Origin: Obrimoposthia wandeli
Lineage: Eukaryota
DNA: 64,000 nt
NCBI GenBank assembly: GCA_977020255.1
Contig: CDROCS010000253.1
Location: forward strand, 248,001 to 312,000
Direction: 5' to 3'
The notes under the pieces are model-generated. The model had not been told where the DNA came from. It searched no databases and saw only the letters and a program-made list of their open reading frames with translations. Positions 32,084-43,232 of the stretch are shown piece after piece. Each line of letters opens with the position of its first letter. The stretch's first letter is position 1. The position numbers and the translations under genes were made by a program.

Positions 32084-32537
32084 GGCTCTCTTAGCACGGA
32101 ATATTCTTGGATTAAAATATCTAAATTAATCTGCTATTTAATACCATACTCAACGATTCTTTTTATTGCTTTGCTGCCCCACCTTCAAGAAATCTACACC
32201 AAGCAAGATAATTACCCAAATAAGCTGTTTCCACATCATTAAGAGCGATCAAGCTATTACAAGTAATGTCATGTTTCTTGAAGAAGTTTTTATAGGCATG
32301 AGCGCTATCAGTACAGAGAATTGAATCTTTATTTACAATCAGTTTGAGGGTTTCACTAATAGCGTCATTATTGTGTTCACCAAGCACATAGTCTGTCGTT
32401 ATACCGCTTCGTTCTTTAACAACGAGTACCACTATTTTATCCTCGTCAAAGCGTTTATCGCCTTGTTTACCATGCTTTTGTATGCAGATAAAATTGAAAA
32501 GTGAATGACTAATTTTTCTAAATATATGATTGTTCAT
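32084..32537 (-). mobile_element. Degenerate IS1595-family (ISXO2-like) transposase remnant
   Basis: ORF 32163-32537 has VLVVKERSG, LCTDSAHAY and AYLGNYLAWCRFLE, but lacks the N-terminal Zn-ribbon and the HIQNVN region. Possible right end GGCTCT at 32084 (uncertain). Confidence 0.7.
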
Positions 32538-33161
32538 AAGAAACCATCTCGTCTATATCAACGACATGGTATTAGTTTAGTAGAGACCTACAATTAACGC
32601 TAATAGTGCTTTTAAAATAGTGTTCGAGGCAGTAGATATAACTAGAGGTAAAAACGCTTATGGTAGAGGCCATAGTTACATTAAAAATTCTAATTATATG
32701 CCAATATTTTCAGAAATGTAGAGGGTATTATCCCTATTAGGGATAAAATTCACGAACTAAATGAATTAGCTAAACGGTATTCAACTCATCGGAAAAACCA
32801 TAATCTATTAGTACAATTTAGCAAAAGAAACATCAAATTCTTATATAATTATAATATTACTAACGTCAAAGAAAAAATAGATAGTTGTTGTGATGTAGAT
32901 GGTTATTTATACTTAATTGATGGCCTAAATAAGACCTAAACAGATAGCTCAGTATCTTCTGGTATAAAGGGTATTCGTCAACTTGATCAAATGAAAGATA
33001 AAGATATTTTAGCTATCAAGTGCATTGGAAGTGTTTAACTCAAAAAATTAGTGCAGTAATGATTTGGAGAATAAATTACTAACTAGACCTTAGTTTGATT
33101 TCTTATTGATTAGATTAGTGATTAGATTAGTGATTATTTACTTGGGATGTGCTTATGAAAA

Positions 33162-33238
33162 TGGTGGGCCTTCGCAGACTTGAACTGCGGACCTGCCGAT
33201 TATGAGTCGGATGCTCTAACCAACTGAGCTAAAGGCCC
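33162..33238 (-). tRNA. tRNA-Ile2 (CAU anticodon, lysidine type; ileX-like)
   Basis: 77-nt cloverleaf GGGCCTTTAGCTCAGTTGG...CTCATAA...GTTCAAGTC...AAGGCCCACCA. G1-C72 excludes the initiator tRNA. C4/C5 acceptor-stem bases and the location downstream of rpoD favour Ile2 over elongator Met. Confidence 0.9.
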
Positions 33239-33414
33239 ATTTTCACATTTTGGCCTGATATTGTCTAATGCCTTTATTAGTGCAATCAAATGAATGAACT
33301 AACAAAGCGGGTGCAGTATAAGCATTTTTTATTTTGTTGTCACCTAATGAACTTTAAATAATCCTATTTTTTTACTGACCGCTCACTTCTTAAACAAACT
33401 GGTGTAACTTAGCA

Positions 33415-34032
33415 CTAAAATTTGTAGGTTAACCCTGCGCTCACCTCAGTTTGGAACCAAATATCACTCGATATGTACACCGCACAAGTTTCCACATCAC
33501 AAAATATTGCGCTGTCGGAGTTAAAGAATGTTCCGTATACACGGCTATCTAGCCTTAGGCTAATTCGTTCACTTAGTTCAATTTTACTTGCTAAGCCAAC
33601 ATTTACCGAAAAACGTGTTTCATTACTCAGTTTGTTATCCTTAGGGTCAAGGTGAGTTAAACCTAAACCGCCGGTAAGATAAAAAGGTATAACCCCTTCA
33701 GAAATAGGTACATTACCGCCTATGTGTGCATAAGTAATACCTAGGCGAGTACTGCTTGTTGAAAAGTCATCTGACACGGAGAAGTTAGTACTGTAATGGC
33801 TTATTAAGAGTTCAGCTTGTCTTTTTCGATCAAAAGACCAAGCAGTTAATAAGCCGTAACTCGTTTCTTCATTTAACTCTATTTGATTGTGTACTTTATC
33901 TGGAGCAGTATCAAAATCACCATCAAAGCGATAGCCAATCAAGGGGGTAACTTCAAGGTTTAGTGCTTGTTTTGCTAGAGAGGGCATAGATATGATGGTA
34001 AGTGCACAAGTAATTGTGAAAATAACGCGCAT
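33415..34032 (-). CDS. Outer-membrane beta-barrel protein
   Basis: Signal peptide, alternating amphipathic strands, terminal Phe (GLTYKF). Confidence 0.8.
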   Translation of the reverse strand: MRVIFTITCALTIISMPSLAKQALNLEVTPLIGYRFDGDFDTAPDKVHNQIELNEETSYGLLTAWSFDRKRQAELLISHYSTNFSVSDDFSTSSTRLGITYAHIGGNVPISEGVIPFYLTGGLGLTHLDPKDNKLSNETRFSVNVGLASKIELSERISLRLDSRVYGTFFNSDSAIFCDVETCAVYISSDIWFQTEVSAGLTYKF

Positions 34033-34056
34033 AAAAATCCCTTATCTTAGAAAATA

Positions 34057-34093
34057 AAAAAGAGTAAGCTAGTATTACTAACTTACTCTTTTT
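34057..34093 (-). terminator. Intrinsic terminator after rpoD
   Basis: AAAAAGAGTAAG / CTTACTCTTTTT inverted repeat about 50 bp beyond the rpoD stop. Confidence 0.7.
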
Positions 34094-34142
34094 CATGTGT
34101 ATTTAAAACAGAATTTGAAGTGCTATTTTAAATATTTTAGTT

Positions 34143-35990
34143 TTACTCTCCGTCTAAGAAGCTTTTAAGCTGCTCAGAACGAGATGGGTGACGTAATTTA
34201 CGTAAAGCTTTCGCTTCAATTTGACGAATACGTTCACGTGTTACATCAAACTGCTTACCAACCTCTTCAAGCGTATGGTCAGTATTCATATCAATACCAA
34301 AGCGCATTCTAAGTACTTTAGCTTCACGGGCAGTTAAACCAGCGAGTACTTCATGAGTAGCACCTTTAAGGTTTTCTGACGTCGCTGAATCAACTGGAAG
34401 CTCACCACTACCATCTTCAATAAAGTCGCCTAAGTGTGAATCTTCATCATCACCAATTGGCGTTTCCATTGAAATTGGCTCTTTAGCTATTTTCAATACT
34501 TTACGAATTTTATCTTCAGGCATTACCATACGCTCAGCTAACTCTTCTGGCGTAGGCTCACGTCCCATTTCTTGTAACATTTGACGAGAAACACGGTTTA
34601 GTTTGTTAATGGTTTCAATCATGTGCACAGGAATACGAATAGTACGCGCTTGATCGGCAATAGAACGGGTGATTGCTTGACGGATCCACCACGTTGCATA
34701 AGTTGAGAATTTGTAACCACGACGGTATTCAAATTTATCAACGGCCTTCATTAAGCCAATATTACCTTCTTGGATTAAATCAAGGAACTGTAAGCCACGA
34801 TTGGTGTACTTCTTCGCAATTGAGATAACTAAACGTAAGTTTGCCTCAACCATTTCTTTCTTCGCACGACGTGCTTTCGCTTCACCAATAGACATACGAC
34901 GGTTAATGTCTTTAATGCCGTGAATATTTAGATGTGTTTCTTCTTCAATTTGGTTAAGTTTGTAGATACAACGCTCAACATCATGCTCAATATCACCAAG
35001 CTTTGCTGAATAAGGATTACCTGCAGCTTTTTCTGCATCAAACCATTCTTTTGAGGTTTCATTACCCGGAAAAATTTTGATAAATGTTGTTTTAGGCATA
35101 CCAGCACTAACACAGTGCTTCATGATCAAACGTTCTTGAACACGTAGTCTGTCCATCATGCCACGCATGTTTTTAACTAACTTATCAAATAATTTAGGAA
35201 TTAAGCGGAATTCTTTAAAAACTTCGGCAACCGCATCAATAGCTTCTTGAGCGTCTTTATGGCCGCGGCCTTTCTTTTTGACTACTTTGGTAGCATTCTC
35301 ATGTGCTTCGCGCAGCAAAGTGAACTTTTCACGCGCTAGCTCTGGATCTGGGCCAGTATCTTCTTCTTCTTCATCTTCTTCAGCGTCGCCTTCTTTCTTT
35401 TCGCTATCTTCATTGGCGAGATCTTCTTTCGATAATTCACTACCAACATGCGTTGCTGCAGCCGCAACATCGTCATCTTCAGCATCTGGATCTAAAAAGC
35501 CGATTATAATATCAGTTAAACGAACTTCTTCCGCTTCAAAGTTATCCCACATATCTAATAAGTAGTTTATCGCTGGCGGATATTCAGAAACACTACGCTG
35601 AACTTCTTTAATACCTTCTTCTATACGCTTCGCAATGACGATTTCGCCTTTACGGGTTAGCAGTTCAACCGTACCCATTTCACGCATATACATACGTACA
35701 GGGTCTGTTGTGCGACCAATTTCACTCTCTACCGTTGCAAGCGCTTGTGCTGCTGCTTCGGCTGCATCTTCATCAGTATTACCTTCGCTCATCATCAAGG
35801 TGTCTTGATCTGGCGCATTTTCAAATACTTGAATGCCCATATCGTTAATCATACTAACGATATCTTCAACTTGATCAGAGTCGATAATGTCTTGTGGAAG
35901 GTGATCGTTAACCTGCGCAAACGTTAAATAACCTTGTTCTTTACCTTTGGTTATCAGGTCTTTAAGTCTAGATTGAGGGGCTGGTTCCAT
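34143..35990 (-). CDS. rpoD: RNA polymerase sigma factor RpoD (sigma70)
   Basis: [59 protein letters not shown]. Confidence 0.98.
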   Translation of the reverse strand: MEPAPQSRLKDLITKGKEQGYLTFAQVNDHLPQDIIDSDQVEDIVSMINDMGIQVFENAPDQDTLMMSEGNTDEDAAEAAAQALATVESEIGRTTDPVRMYMREMGTVELLTRKGEIVIAKRIEEGIKEVQRSVSEYPPAINYLLDMWDNFEAEEVRLTDIIIGFLDPDAEDDDVAAAATHVGSELSKEDLANEDSEKKEGDAEEDEEEEDTGPDPELAREKFTLLREAHENATKVVKKKGRGHKDAQEAIDAVAEVFKEFRLIPKLFDKLVKNMRGMMDRLRVQERLIMKHCVSAGMPKTTFIKIFPGNETSKEWFDAEKAAGNPYSAKLGDIEHDVERCIYKLNQIEEETHLNIHGIKDINRRMSIGEAKARRAKKEMVEANLRLVISIAKKYTNRGLQFLDLIQEGNIGLMKAVDKFEYRRGYKFSTYATWWIRQAITRSIADQARTIRIPVHMIETINKLNRVSRQMLQEMGREPTPEELAERMVMPEDKIRKVLKIAKEPISMETPIGDDEDSHLGDFIEDGSGELPVDSATSENLKGATHEVLAGLTAREAKVLRMRFGIDMNTDHTLEEVGKQFDVTRERIRQIEAKALRKLRHPSRSEQLKSFLDGE

Positions 35991-36250
35991 TGACGAGTGT
36001 CCACCTGTATATTATAAATATGGGATGTAAAATATGCGCTTAAAACATTAGTAAAAGCTAATAAATGACGCAATAAAGCCGGAAATTATAGCGAATTTTT
36101 AAGTCAGTTACCAGCAAATATCCTGTCTTAATCGCTTGTTAACATTTCAAGCTATATAATAGCTCTAATCTTATTTATACCCACGTCACCTAAAAATGCA
36201 TCTTCAAGTAGCACAGGCATATACTTGCTAAGTATAGCTAAAACTAACAG

Positions 36251-38008
36251 TTAAGCATTTAGTATTGCTTGTAACTCTAGCTTTTCCTCAGCAGTCATTT
36301 GCCCAGCCCGTGCTTTTTGTAATAATACTTCAGCACGTTGCTCAACAAAGTTATTCAATAACTTTTCAATACTATCAAGAAAAACATCGGTTGCTGCATC
36401 AGCTTCTACATGGTGCTGCCAACACATCAACTTTGCTAATTGTAATCCTTGCTCGGTACCACGAAAATATTCAAGTAATTGCGGTGATTTAATATCAGGA
36501 TTTTTCTGACAAACATCTAACACTTGCATTAACAAAGGTATTCCTGGTGCCGTTAAGGGTTGCAATACACTAAGTTCACCTAAGCTATTTGCTATATGGG
36601 GATGTTCTAACAATAAAGCAAGTGCTAACCTCACAGGGGTTACTTTTGTGCTGACTTTAACGGGTGTTTTTACCACTTCACCTTGCAAGCTTTTAGTGAA
36701 CTTTGTAAGAAACTGCTCACTACCGGTACCAAAATTATTAGCTATTTCATTAATCATGGCATCTTTTAAAATACTGGCGGGCAGCTTAGCTAAATAAGGC
36801 TGGAATGACTCAACTAAAGCAGCTCTTCCTTCTAGAGAGCTCATTTCAACTTTCTGCATGAGTTGCTCAAAAAGGAATTTGGATAACGGCATAGCATTAT
36901 CAATAATTTTTTCAAAAGCTTGCTGCCCTTGAGTTCTTATTAAAGAGTCAGGGTCTTCACCATCAGGTACAAAAACAAATTTTAATGAAAAGCCGTCACG
37001 AATAAGCGGCAAGGCATTTTCCATTGCTCGCCATGCCGCTTCGCGCCCTGCTCTATCACCATCATAACAACAGATAACATCAGGCACTGTGCGAAATAAG
37101 GTTTGTAATTGCTCAAACGTCGTCGCTGTTCCTAATGATGCAACAGCGTAATCGACACCATGTTGTGCTAACGCAACGACATCCATATAACCTTCAACAA
37201 CAATTAAGCGCTTAAGTTGCTTATTGGCTTGTTTAGCTTCATGTAATCCATAAAGTTCTTGTCCCTTATGATAAACACGCGTTTCGGGCGAGTTTAAATA
37301 CTTGGGTTTTTCATCACCTAAAACACGACCACCAAAACCAATGACTCGACCACGCTTATCACTAATAGGAAACATGATACGACCACGGAAGCGATCATAA
37401 GGCCGCTTTTTATCACCCGCAATGGCCATACCTAAATCAATCAATTGCTGATTGGCTTGACCATTACGCGAGAAGGTACTCATCATACCGTCCCAAGCGT
37501 CACTGATGTAGCCAATACCGAAGCGCTTAACAACCTCACCACTAAGCCCTCGACCTTTTAAATAGTCGATAGCTCTGTCTTTGTCACTAGCCACTTTTAA
37601 TTGCTGCTGGAAAAAACGACTAATTTGCGACATTAGTTCATAGTCATCTTGTTTTTGTTGGTAAACTTGTTGCTGTCGACGTTGTTCTTCTGGACTAGCA
37701 GTATTTTCGTCTCGGACCACTTCCATTCCGCAATGGGAAGCAAGCTCTTCAACCGCATCAACAAAATCAAGACGGTCAAACTCCATCAAAAATGAAATAG
37801 CATTACCGTGTTCACCACAGCCAAAGCAGTGATAAAACTGTTTATCTTGACTGACAGTAAACGAAGGAGATTTTTCATTATGAAATGGGCAACAAGCCTG
37901 GTAGTTTTTACCGGCCTTTTTTAACGGTACTCGGCTATCAACTAGATCAACAATATCTGCTCTGCTGAGTAAGTCATCAATAAATTGTCGAGAAATGCGT
38001 CCAGCCAT
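36251..38008 (-). CDS. dnaG: DNA primase
   Basis: CPFH..CFGC zinc finger, FRGRIMFP, KYLNSPET, EGYMD, DGDRAG TOPRIM. Confidence 0.97.
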   Translation of the reverse strand: MAGRISRQFIDDLLSRADIVDLVDSRVPLKKAGKNYQACCPFHNEKSPSFTVSQDKQFYHCFGCGEHGNAISFLMEFDRLDFVDAVEELASHCGMEVVRDENTASPEEQRRQQQVYQQKQDDYELMSQISRFFQQQLKVASDKDRAIDYLKGRGLSGEVVKRFGIGYISDAWDGMMSTFSRNGQANQQLIDLGMAIAGDKKRPYDRFRGRIMFPISDKRGRVIGFGGRVLGDEKPKYLNSPETRVYHKGQELYGLHEAKQANKQLKRLIVVEGYMDVVALAQHGVDYAVASLGTATTFEQLQTLFRTVPDVICCYDGDRAGREAAWRAMENALPLIRDGFSLKFVFVPDGEDPDSLIRTQGQQAFEKIIDNAMPLSKFLFEQLMQKVEMSSLEGRAALVESFQPYLAKLPASILKDAMINEIANNFGTGSEQFLTKFTKSLQGEVVKTPVKVSTKVTPVRLALALLLEHPHIANSLGELSVLQPLTAPGIPLLMQVLDVCQKNPDIKSPQLLEYFRGTEQGLQLAKLMCWQHHVEADAATDVFLDSIEKLLNNFVEQRAEVLLQKARAGQMTAEEKLELQAILNA

Positions 38009-38136
38009 AATGTTTAAGCGTCATCTTTAAAGGGAAAATATCACACTAGTATTCTACACAAAAGCAGTACAAATGTAGTTGGATTTATTAAGTTTCAGTT
38101 AAAGAAATCTTAAAATATGTCACAAAAAAAAATCAT

Positions 38137-38171
38137 AAAAAAACCGTAATAGCTGAAGCCATTACGGTTTT
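38137..38171 (-). terminator. Intrinsic terminator between rpsU-yqeY and dnaG
   Basis: AAAACCGTAAT / ATTACGGTTTT stem with T-tract on the minus strand; same position as the rpsU-dnaG terminator of the macromolecular synthesis operon. Confidence 0.75.
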
Positions 38172-38212
38172 ATTTAATGCACTAAATAATAGTGTTAGCT
38201 AGAAAGCCTTGA

Positions 38213-38662
38213 CTATAACCCTTGAAGGCCTGCTCTTACTTGACCGCTTACAGCGCCCATGTCAGCTTTACCTTGCATTAAAGGTTTTAACACTGCCATC
38301 ACTTTACCCATATCAGCCATAGAGGCTGCTCCAGATTCAACGATTGCCTTGCTTATTAATTCATTAATTTCTTCTGCACTAAGCGGTTGTGGCATAAAAA
38401 AGTTTAAAGCAACGACTTCTGCTGCTTCTTTTTCTGCCAATTCATCACGACCACCTTCAGTAAACATCTTAATGGATTCTTTGCGCTGTTTAACCATTTT
38501 GGTTAAAAGCACAATGATATTCTCATCAGTTGCTTCGGTTTTATGATCAATTTCTGCTAGCTTAATTGCAGAAATTGCCATACGAATTACACCAAGACGT
38601 AATTTGTCTTTGGCTCGCATAGCTATTTTCATTTCATCTTTGAGTTGACTTAGAAGTGACAT
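38213..38662 (-). CDS. GatB/YqeY domain protein
   Basis: MKIAMRAKDK, KQRKESI, DMGKVM; start set at ATG 38662 after GGAGAG. Confidence 0.92.
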   Translation of the reverse strand: MSLLSQLKDEMKIAMRAKDKLRLGVIRMAISAIKLAEIDHKTEATDENIIVLLTKMVKQRKESIKMFTEGGRDELAEKEAAEVVALNFFMPQPLSAEEINELISKAIVESGAASMADMGKVMAVLKPLMQGKADMGAVSGQVRAGLQGL

Positions 38663-38713
38663 CTTTCTCTCCATAGTAGGCAATCTCTTAGAATAGTTAT
38701 ACTAAGATAATTC

Positions 38714-38929
38714 TTAGTACATGCGAACGCGACGAGCGTTCTCACGAGAAACTTTCTTCGCAGCACGTTTAACAGCAGCTGCTTTCTTACGTTTACGTTC
38801 CCAAGTCGGCTTTTCATAAGATTCGCGACGACGAACTTCTGAAAGGATTCCTGCTTTTTCACATGAACGTTTAAAACGACGTAATGCAACGTCAAATGGT
38901 TCGTTTTCTCTTACTTTAATTACTGGCAT
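38714..38929 (-). CDS. rpsU: 30S ribosomal protein S21
   Basis: [27 protein letters not shown]; start at ATG 38929 (71 aa). Confidence 0.98.
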   Translation of the reverse strand: MPVIKVRENEPFDVALRRFKRSCEKAGILSEVRRRESYEKPTWERKRKKAAAVKRAAKKVSRENARRVRMY

Positions 38930-39231
38930 GTACTTTATTACCTTAGGGTAGCTATATAAATTGGTGACTGATTTCGACTGATACAATGCAACTATTTGCA
39001 ATGCTTGCCTCATCCACACCCACTCTATTAAAAATTGGTGCCGTATTCTACTGCTAAGCCCTCACCAATGTAAAGGTTAATTTCATAACAATTGTTTGAA
39101 TACGCTGGTGTCTGCCTTATAAACACAGTAAAATTCCCTTGCCAATATTTACGATAATATAGCCGAATAATTATTGGTTACTATTTCTATTTTTGAGCCT
39201 TCTTTTTGAACTTTTTTGAGATTATATATTT

Positions 39232-40281
39232 ATGCGTATTTTGGGTATTGAAACTTCTTGTGATGAAACAGGTATCGCCATTTATGATGACGGCCTAGGT
39301 GATAGTCCTGAAGGCATACTCGCCCATCGTTTATATAGTCAAATAGCCGTTCATGCTGATTACGGTGGCGTGGTACCTGAACTCGCATCAAGAGATCATG
39401 TGCGTAAAACTATTCCTTTAATTAAACAAGTATTAGCAGATGCCAACCTTACTCCTCAAGATTTAGACGGTGTTGCTTACACAGCAGGTCCTGGCTTAGT
39501 GGGTGCTCTATTGGTCGGTTGTTCTATTGGTCGAAGCTTGGCTTATGGTTGGGACTTACCAGCAGTTCCTGTGCACCATATGGAAGGTCATCTATTAGCT
39601 CCGATGCTTGAAGATGATGTACCTGAGTTTCCTTTTGTCGCTTTATTAGTTTCTGGCGGGCATACCATGTTAGTACGCGTTGATGCTATTGGCGAATATA
39701 AACTATTAGGTGAGTCTGTTGATGATGCTGCCGGTGAGGCCTTTGATAAAACAGCTAAATTACTCGGGTTAGACTACCCTGGTGGACCTGCTTTATCTAA
39801 GATGGCTGAAAGCGGTGCAGCGGGACGTTTTAAATTACCTCGTCCGATGACAGACAGACCCGGTTTAGATTTTAGCTTTAGTGGTTTGAAAACAGCAGCG
39901 GGAACCTTAGTTCGAAAAGAATGCACTGGCTTAACTGATACAGAGCTGAAACAAACGAATGCTGATATCGCTCATGCTTTTCAACAAGCCGTGGTAGATA
40001 CCTTAGCGATTAAGTGTAAACGAGCCCTGCAACAAGAAAAATTAAACCGATTGGTGATTGCTGGTGGTGTAAGTGCTAATACGGCTTTACGAGAGCAGTT
40101 GGCCATAACAACAAAGAAACTTGGCGGTAGTGTTTTTTATCCACGCCCTGAGTTCTGCACCGATAACGGCGCAATGATCGCTTATGCTGGTTTGCAGCGT
40201 TTAAAAGCGGGTACAGATGCCGACCTAACGTTTAAGGCTAATCCCCGATGGGCTTTGGATTCGCTTCCGTCAGTAAAATAA
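39232..40281 (+). CDS. tsaD: tRNA t6A N6-adenosine threonylcarbamoyltransferase
   Basis: [39 protein letters not shown]. Confidence 0.97.
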   Translation: MRILGIETSCDETGIAIYDDGLGDSPEGILAHRLYSQIAVHADYGGVVPELASRDHVRKTIPLIKQVLADANLTPQDLDGVAYTAGPGLVGALLVGCSIGRSLAYGWDLPAVPVHHMEGHLLAPMLEDDVPEFPFVALLVSGGHTMLVRVDAIGEYKLLGESVDDAAGEAFDKTAKLLGLDYPGGPALSKMAESGAAGRFKLPRPMTDRPGLDFSFSGLKTAAGTLVRKECTGLTDTELKQTNADIAHAFQQAVVDTLAIKCKRALQQEKLNRLVIAGGVSANTALREQLAITTKKLGGSVFYPRPEFCTDNGAMIAYAGLQRLKAGTDADLTFKANPRWALDSLPSVK

Positions 40282-40396
40282 CAGACAAGTAAACGCAAAA
40301 TCACCTGTACGTTATGCAGACTATAGGTGATCTTAATATATACCCTCTGCACTTGAAAATGCTCGTTTCAGGAAGTATGAGCGATTCATAATCAAG

Positions 40397-40987
40397 TTAA
40401 ATTTTATGGCTGATTTTACTTTCTGTGCCTTTAAGTAAACGTTTAATGTTATCTCGGTGACGAAAGAGTATCAAAGCGCTAAGCATTAATGTTGGGTAAA
40501 CATATAGCGGTTTTAAGAAATAGACATAAAGTGGTGCAATAGAGACAGTGACTATGGCCGCTAGGCTAGAGTATTTACTGAATTTCACCACTAGTATCCA
40601 AGTAAAAATTAACAATCCTCCCAAAATAAAACCGATTGGTAATAAAGTCCCCAGCGCTGTAGCTACCGCTTTTCCGCCCTTAAAATTGAAAAATATCGGA
40701 TACATGTGACCTAAGCAAGCGGCAACACCAATAAAACCTAAATATAGGGAATCAATTTTTAAAAAGTAAGCCCCCCAAACAGGAATGGTACCCTTAAGAA
40801 TATCAAGGAATAATACCGTTGCAGCAGTGAACTTATTACTTATACGCAACACATTAGTTGCGCCAGGGTTTCTTGACCCCGTTGTTCTAGGATCGGGTAA
40901 ACCTGAAAATTTGCATACTAATATAGCACTCGAAATAGAGCCTATTAGGTAAGCGGCAATGATCATTGTGAGCGTAAGTAACAACAT
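40397..40987 (-). CDS. plsY: Glycerol-3-phosphate acyltransferase
   Basis: [31 protein letters not shown]. Confidence 0.96.
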   Translation of the reverse strand: MLLLTLTMIIAAYLIGSISSAILVCKFSGLPDPRTTGSRNPGATNVLRISNKFTAATVLFLDILKGTIPVWGAYFLKIDSLYLGFIGVAACLGHMYPIFFNFKGGKAVATALGTLLPIGFILGGLLIFTWILVVKFSKYSSLAAIVTVSIAPLYVYFLKPLYVYPTLMLSALILFRHRDNIKRLLKGTESKISHKI

Positions 40988-41009
40988 CTAAATGATAAAA
41001 TCCATTGTT

Positions 41010-41183
41010 ATACCCAAGCCACTTGAAGCTGTGTGTTTCAGGAGTCCCCATAGGGCTGGTTTAGAAACGCTTTATGCTACGTTATTTATTTCGACAATAG
41101 AATAACTATTCTCTTCAATCAATGCCTTGCCTAAAGCCGTTTCTAATTCCAACTGAAACCTGCATATTCATGTGGTTTGGGTA
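41010..41183. repeat. ERIC-like MITE (family 1) upstream of plsY
   Basis: Imperfect 30-bp terminal inverted repeats TACCCAAGCCACTTGAAG...TTTCAG / CTGAAAC...GTGGTTTGGGTA. Confidence 0.7.
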
Positions 41184-41329
41184 GTAAGTACAAAAAGGTT
41201 AATATTCTATCTTCATCTCTGCTAGTTTTTCTACAACTTCACAGGTAAAATCCTTCCTTATTTTGTAACAATTGCGGAGTTACTGCAATAGTTCTTCTAA
41301 CAGTCCACTCACAGCATAATAGGTAAGTC

Positions 41330-41701
41330 ATGGATAAGGTGTTCATCAAGGGTTTAAGCATTCAAACCACCATTGGTTTTTTTCAGTGGGAAAAAGAAAT
41401 AAAGCAAACCTTGGTCATTGATCTGGCCATGGGCTGGAATACGGCCAATGCAGCGTTAAATGACGAGCTAGAAAAAACATTAGATTATGCCGACATTTCA
41501 GTCGCTATAGAGCGCTTTGCGAACGATAATCCCGTTGACTTAATTGAAACACTTGCTGAACGCTTAGCGAGTTATTTAATGACACAATACCAAATACCTT
41601 GGCTAAAACTCAGCATTGGTAAGCCTGGCGCAGTTCATAATGCCCAAACCGTTGGTGTTGAAATAGAACGTGGTAAGCAGACCGTTGAGATAAGTTCTTA
41701 A
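41330..41701 (+). CDS. folB: Dihydroneopterin aldolase
   Basis: DKVFIKGL, TIGFFQWE, LDYA, LIETLAE, KPGAV. Confidence 0.95.
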   Translation: MDKVFIKGLSIQTTIGFFQWEKEIKQTLVIDLAMGWNTANAALNDELEKTLDYADISVAIERFANDNPVDLIETLAERLASYLMTQYQIPWLKLSIGKPGAVHNAQTVGVEIERGKQTVEISS

Positions 41702-42198
41702 TGGCTCAAATCTATATTTCATTAGGTAGCAACATTGATCGTGAGCATTACGTTAAACAAGGTCTACTCTCGTTAGCTAAAGCATTTGAGCTGCCTTTTG
41801 AACAGTTAACATTATCTTCCTTATTTGAAAGCGAGGCCGTTGGTTTTGATGGTGCCGCTTTTTATAATATGGTGATAGGTATCACCTGCTCACAAAGTGT
41901 TGAAGCTGTGGCTAGTATATTACGCGCTATAGAGTTTTCTCATGGCCGTGACCATAACGCAAAGAAGTTTAGCCCGCGTAGCTTAGATCTTGATTTATTA
42001 TTGTATGACTATTTGATTATTGACCAGCCAGCGCAACTGCCACGTGATGAAATAACTAAGAATGCCTTCGTCTTATGGCCGCTGAGTCAAGTTGCACCTG
42101 AGCTTATTCATCCCATTGTAAAACAAAACTATCGAGATTTATGGCAAGGTTATAATAAAACCAAACAGCAACTTAGCATTGTAGCTAACTGCTGGTAG
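41701..42198 (+). CDS. folK: Second HPPK paralog (FolK-like)
   Basis: YISLGSN, PRSLDLDLLLY, FVLWPL; TAATG overlap with folB. Confidence 0.88.
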   Translation: MAQIYISLGSNIDREHYVKQGLLSLAKAFELPFEQLTLSSLFESEAVGFDGAAFYNMVIGITCSQSVEAVASILRAIEFSHGRDHNAKKFSPRSLDLDLLLYDYLIIDQPAQLPRDEITKNAFVLWPLSQVAPELIHPIVKQNYRDLWQGYNKTKQQLSIVANCW

Positions 42199-42217
42199 AG
42201 TCGCCCCATTAAATACA

Positions 42218-42271
42218 TATATCCGTAACCATTCAAAGTCAGGAACATACATCTTGATTGTTTACGGGGAT
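42218..42271. repeat. Internally deleted ERIC-like element (two ends only)
   Basis: TATATCCGTAACCATTCAAAG matches the left end and CATCTTGATTGTTTACGGG the right end of 47903-48166. Confidence 0.6.
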
Positions 42272-42307
42272 TCACCCACCAAAATAGTAAAGGACAACTA
42301 ACACCCC

Positions 42308-43129
42308 ATGAGTACTTTAGAAATAATTATCCTGGCCTTATTGCAAGGCTTAACCGAATTTTTACCTATCTCTAGTTCAGCCCATTTAATATTGCCGTCA
42401 CAAATTTTAGGTTGGCAAGATCAAGGTTTAGCCTTTGACGTTGCTGTGCATGTTGGTACTTTATTGGCGGTAATGATGTATTTTCGTAAAGAAGTAGGTG
42501 TTATGGCTGTCGCTTGGTTAGGTACTGTCGGCGTCGGCCCAGAGAAAGGGCGTAGTAGTTTTGATGGTAAATTAGCCTGGTGGATTTTACTCGCTACTAT
42601 TCCCGCTGGTTTATTTGGTTTATTAGGTAAAGACTTTATCGAGGAGAATTTACGCTCTGCATTAGTCATTGCCGCGACTACTTTACTCTTTGGCTTTCTT
42701 TTAGGTTTTGCTGATATCAAAGCCGGTAATCGTACTGAACATAAACCTATGGAGAAGTTGGGATTTAAAGGGGCAATGTTAATTGGTTTAGCACAAGCCA
42801 TTGCCTTAATTCCTGGAACCTCACGCTCAGGCATTACCATGACCATTGGTTTAATGTTAGGTTTAAGTCGTGACAATGCCGCTCGTTTTTCCTTTTTACT
42901 TTCTATTCCTGCTATTGCGATGGCGGGAAGTTATTTAACCTTAAAGCTGGTTTTATCAAGTGAGAGTGTCGATTGGTTTGCCATGGGCTTAGGCAGTTTA
43001 ATCGCTTTTGTTAGCGCCTATGCATGTATCCATTACTTTCTTATTTTATTAGAAAAATTGGGGATGATGCCCTTTGTTATCTATCGATTAGTGCTAGGTG
43101 TTGGCTTACTTTGGTTTATTTTAGGATAG
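42308..43129 (+). CDS. uppP: Undecaprenyl-diphosphate phosphatase (BacA)
   Basis: [29 protein letters not shown]. Confidence 0.96.
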   Translation: MSTLEIIILALLQGLTEFLPISSSAHLILPSQILGWQDQGLAFDVAVHVGTLLAVMMYFRKEVGVMAVAWLGTVGVGPEKGRSSFDGKLAWWILLATIPAGLFGLLGKDFIEENLRSALVIAATTLLFGFLLGFADIKAGNRTEHKPMEKLGFKGAMLIGLAQAIALIPGTSRSGITMTIGLMLGLSRDNAARFSFLLSIPAIAMAGSYLTLKLVLSSESVDWFAMGLGSLIAFVSAYACIHYFLILLEKLGMMPFVIYRLVLGVGLLWFILG

Positions 43130-43232
43130 TCCCTATCTTGCCTAAGCTCAGCAAGTAGACAATATAAATAGCACTAATTACCTGTTAAAATATAACTATC
43201 AACATATTACCAACACATTCGAGAATACAAAT

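Noticed and set aside
32738-32755. TAGGGATAA resembling the start of an I-SceI site
   Set aside because: Only 9 of 18 bases match and the rest (CAGGGTAAT) is absent; no sign of engineering
33105-33140. GATTAGATTAGT tandem duplication and similar short AT-rich duplications elsewhere (49420-49470, 57915-57960)
   Set aside because: Two-copy, low-complexity slippage repeats with no sign of function
33162-33238. tRNA-Met assignment
   Set aside because: G1-C72 rules out the initiator; C4/C5 and rpoD-linked synteny favour Ile2, although elongator Met is not formally excluded
35278-35565. Ser-rich plus-strand ORF inside rpoD
   Set aside because: Antisense reading of the acidic non-conserved region of sigma70
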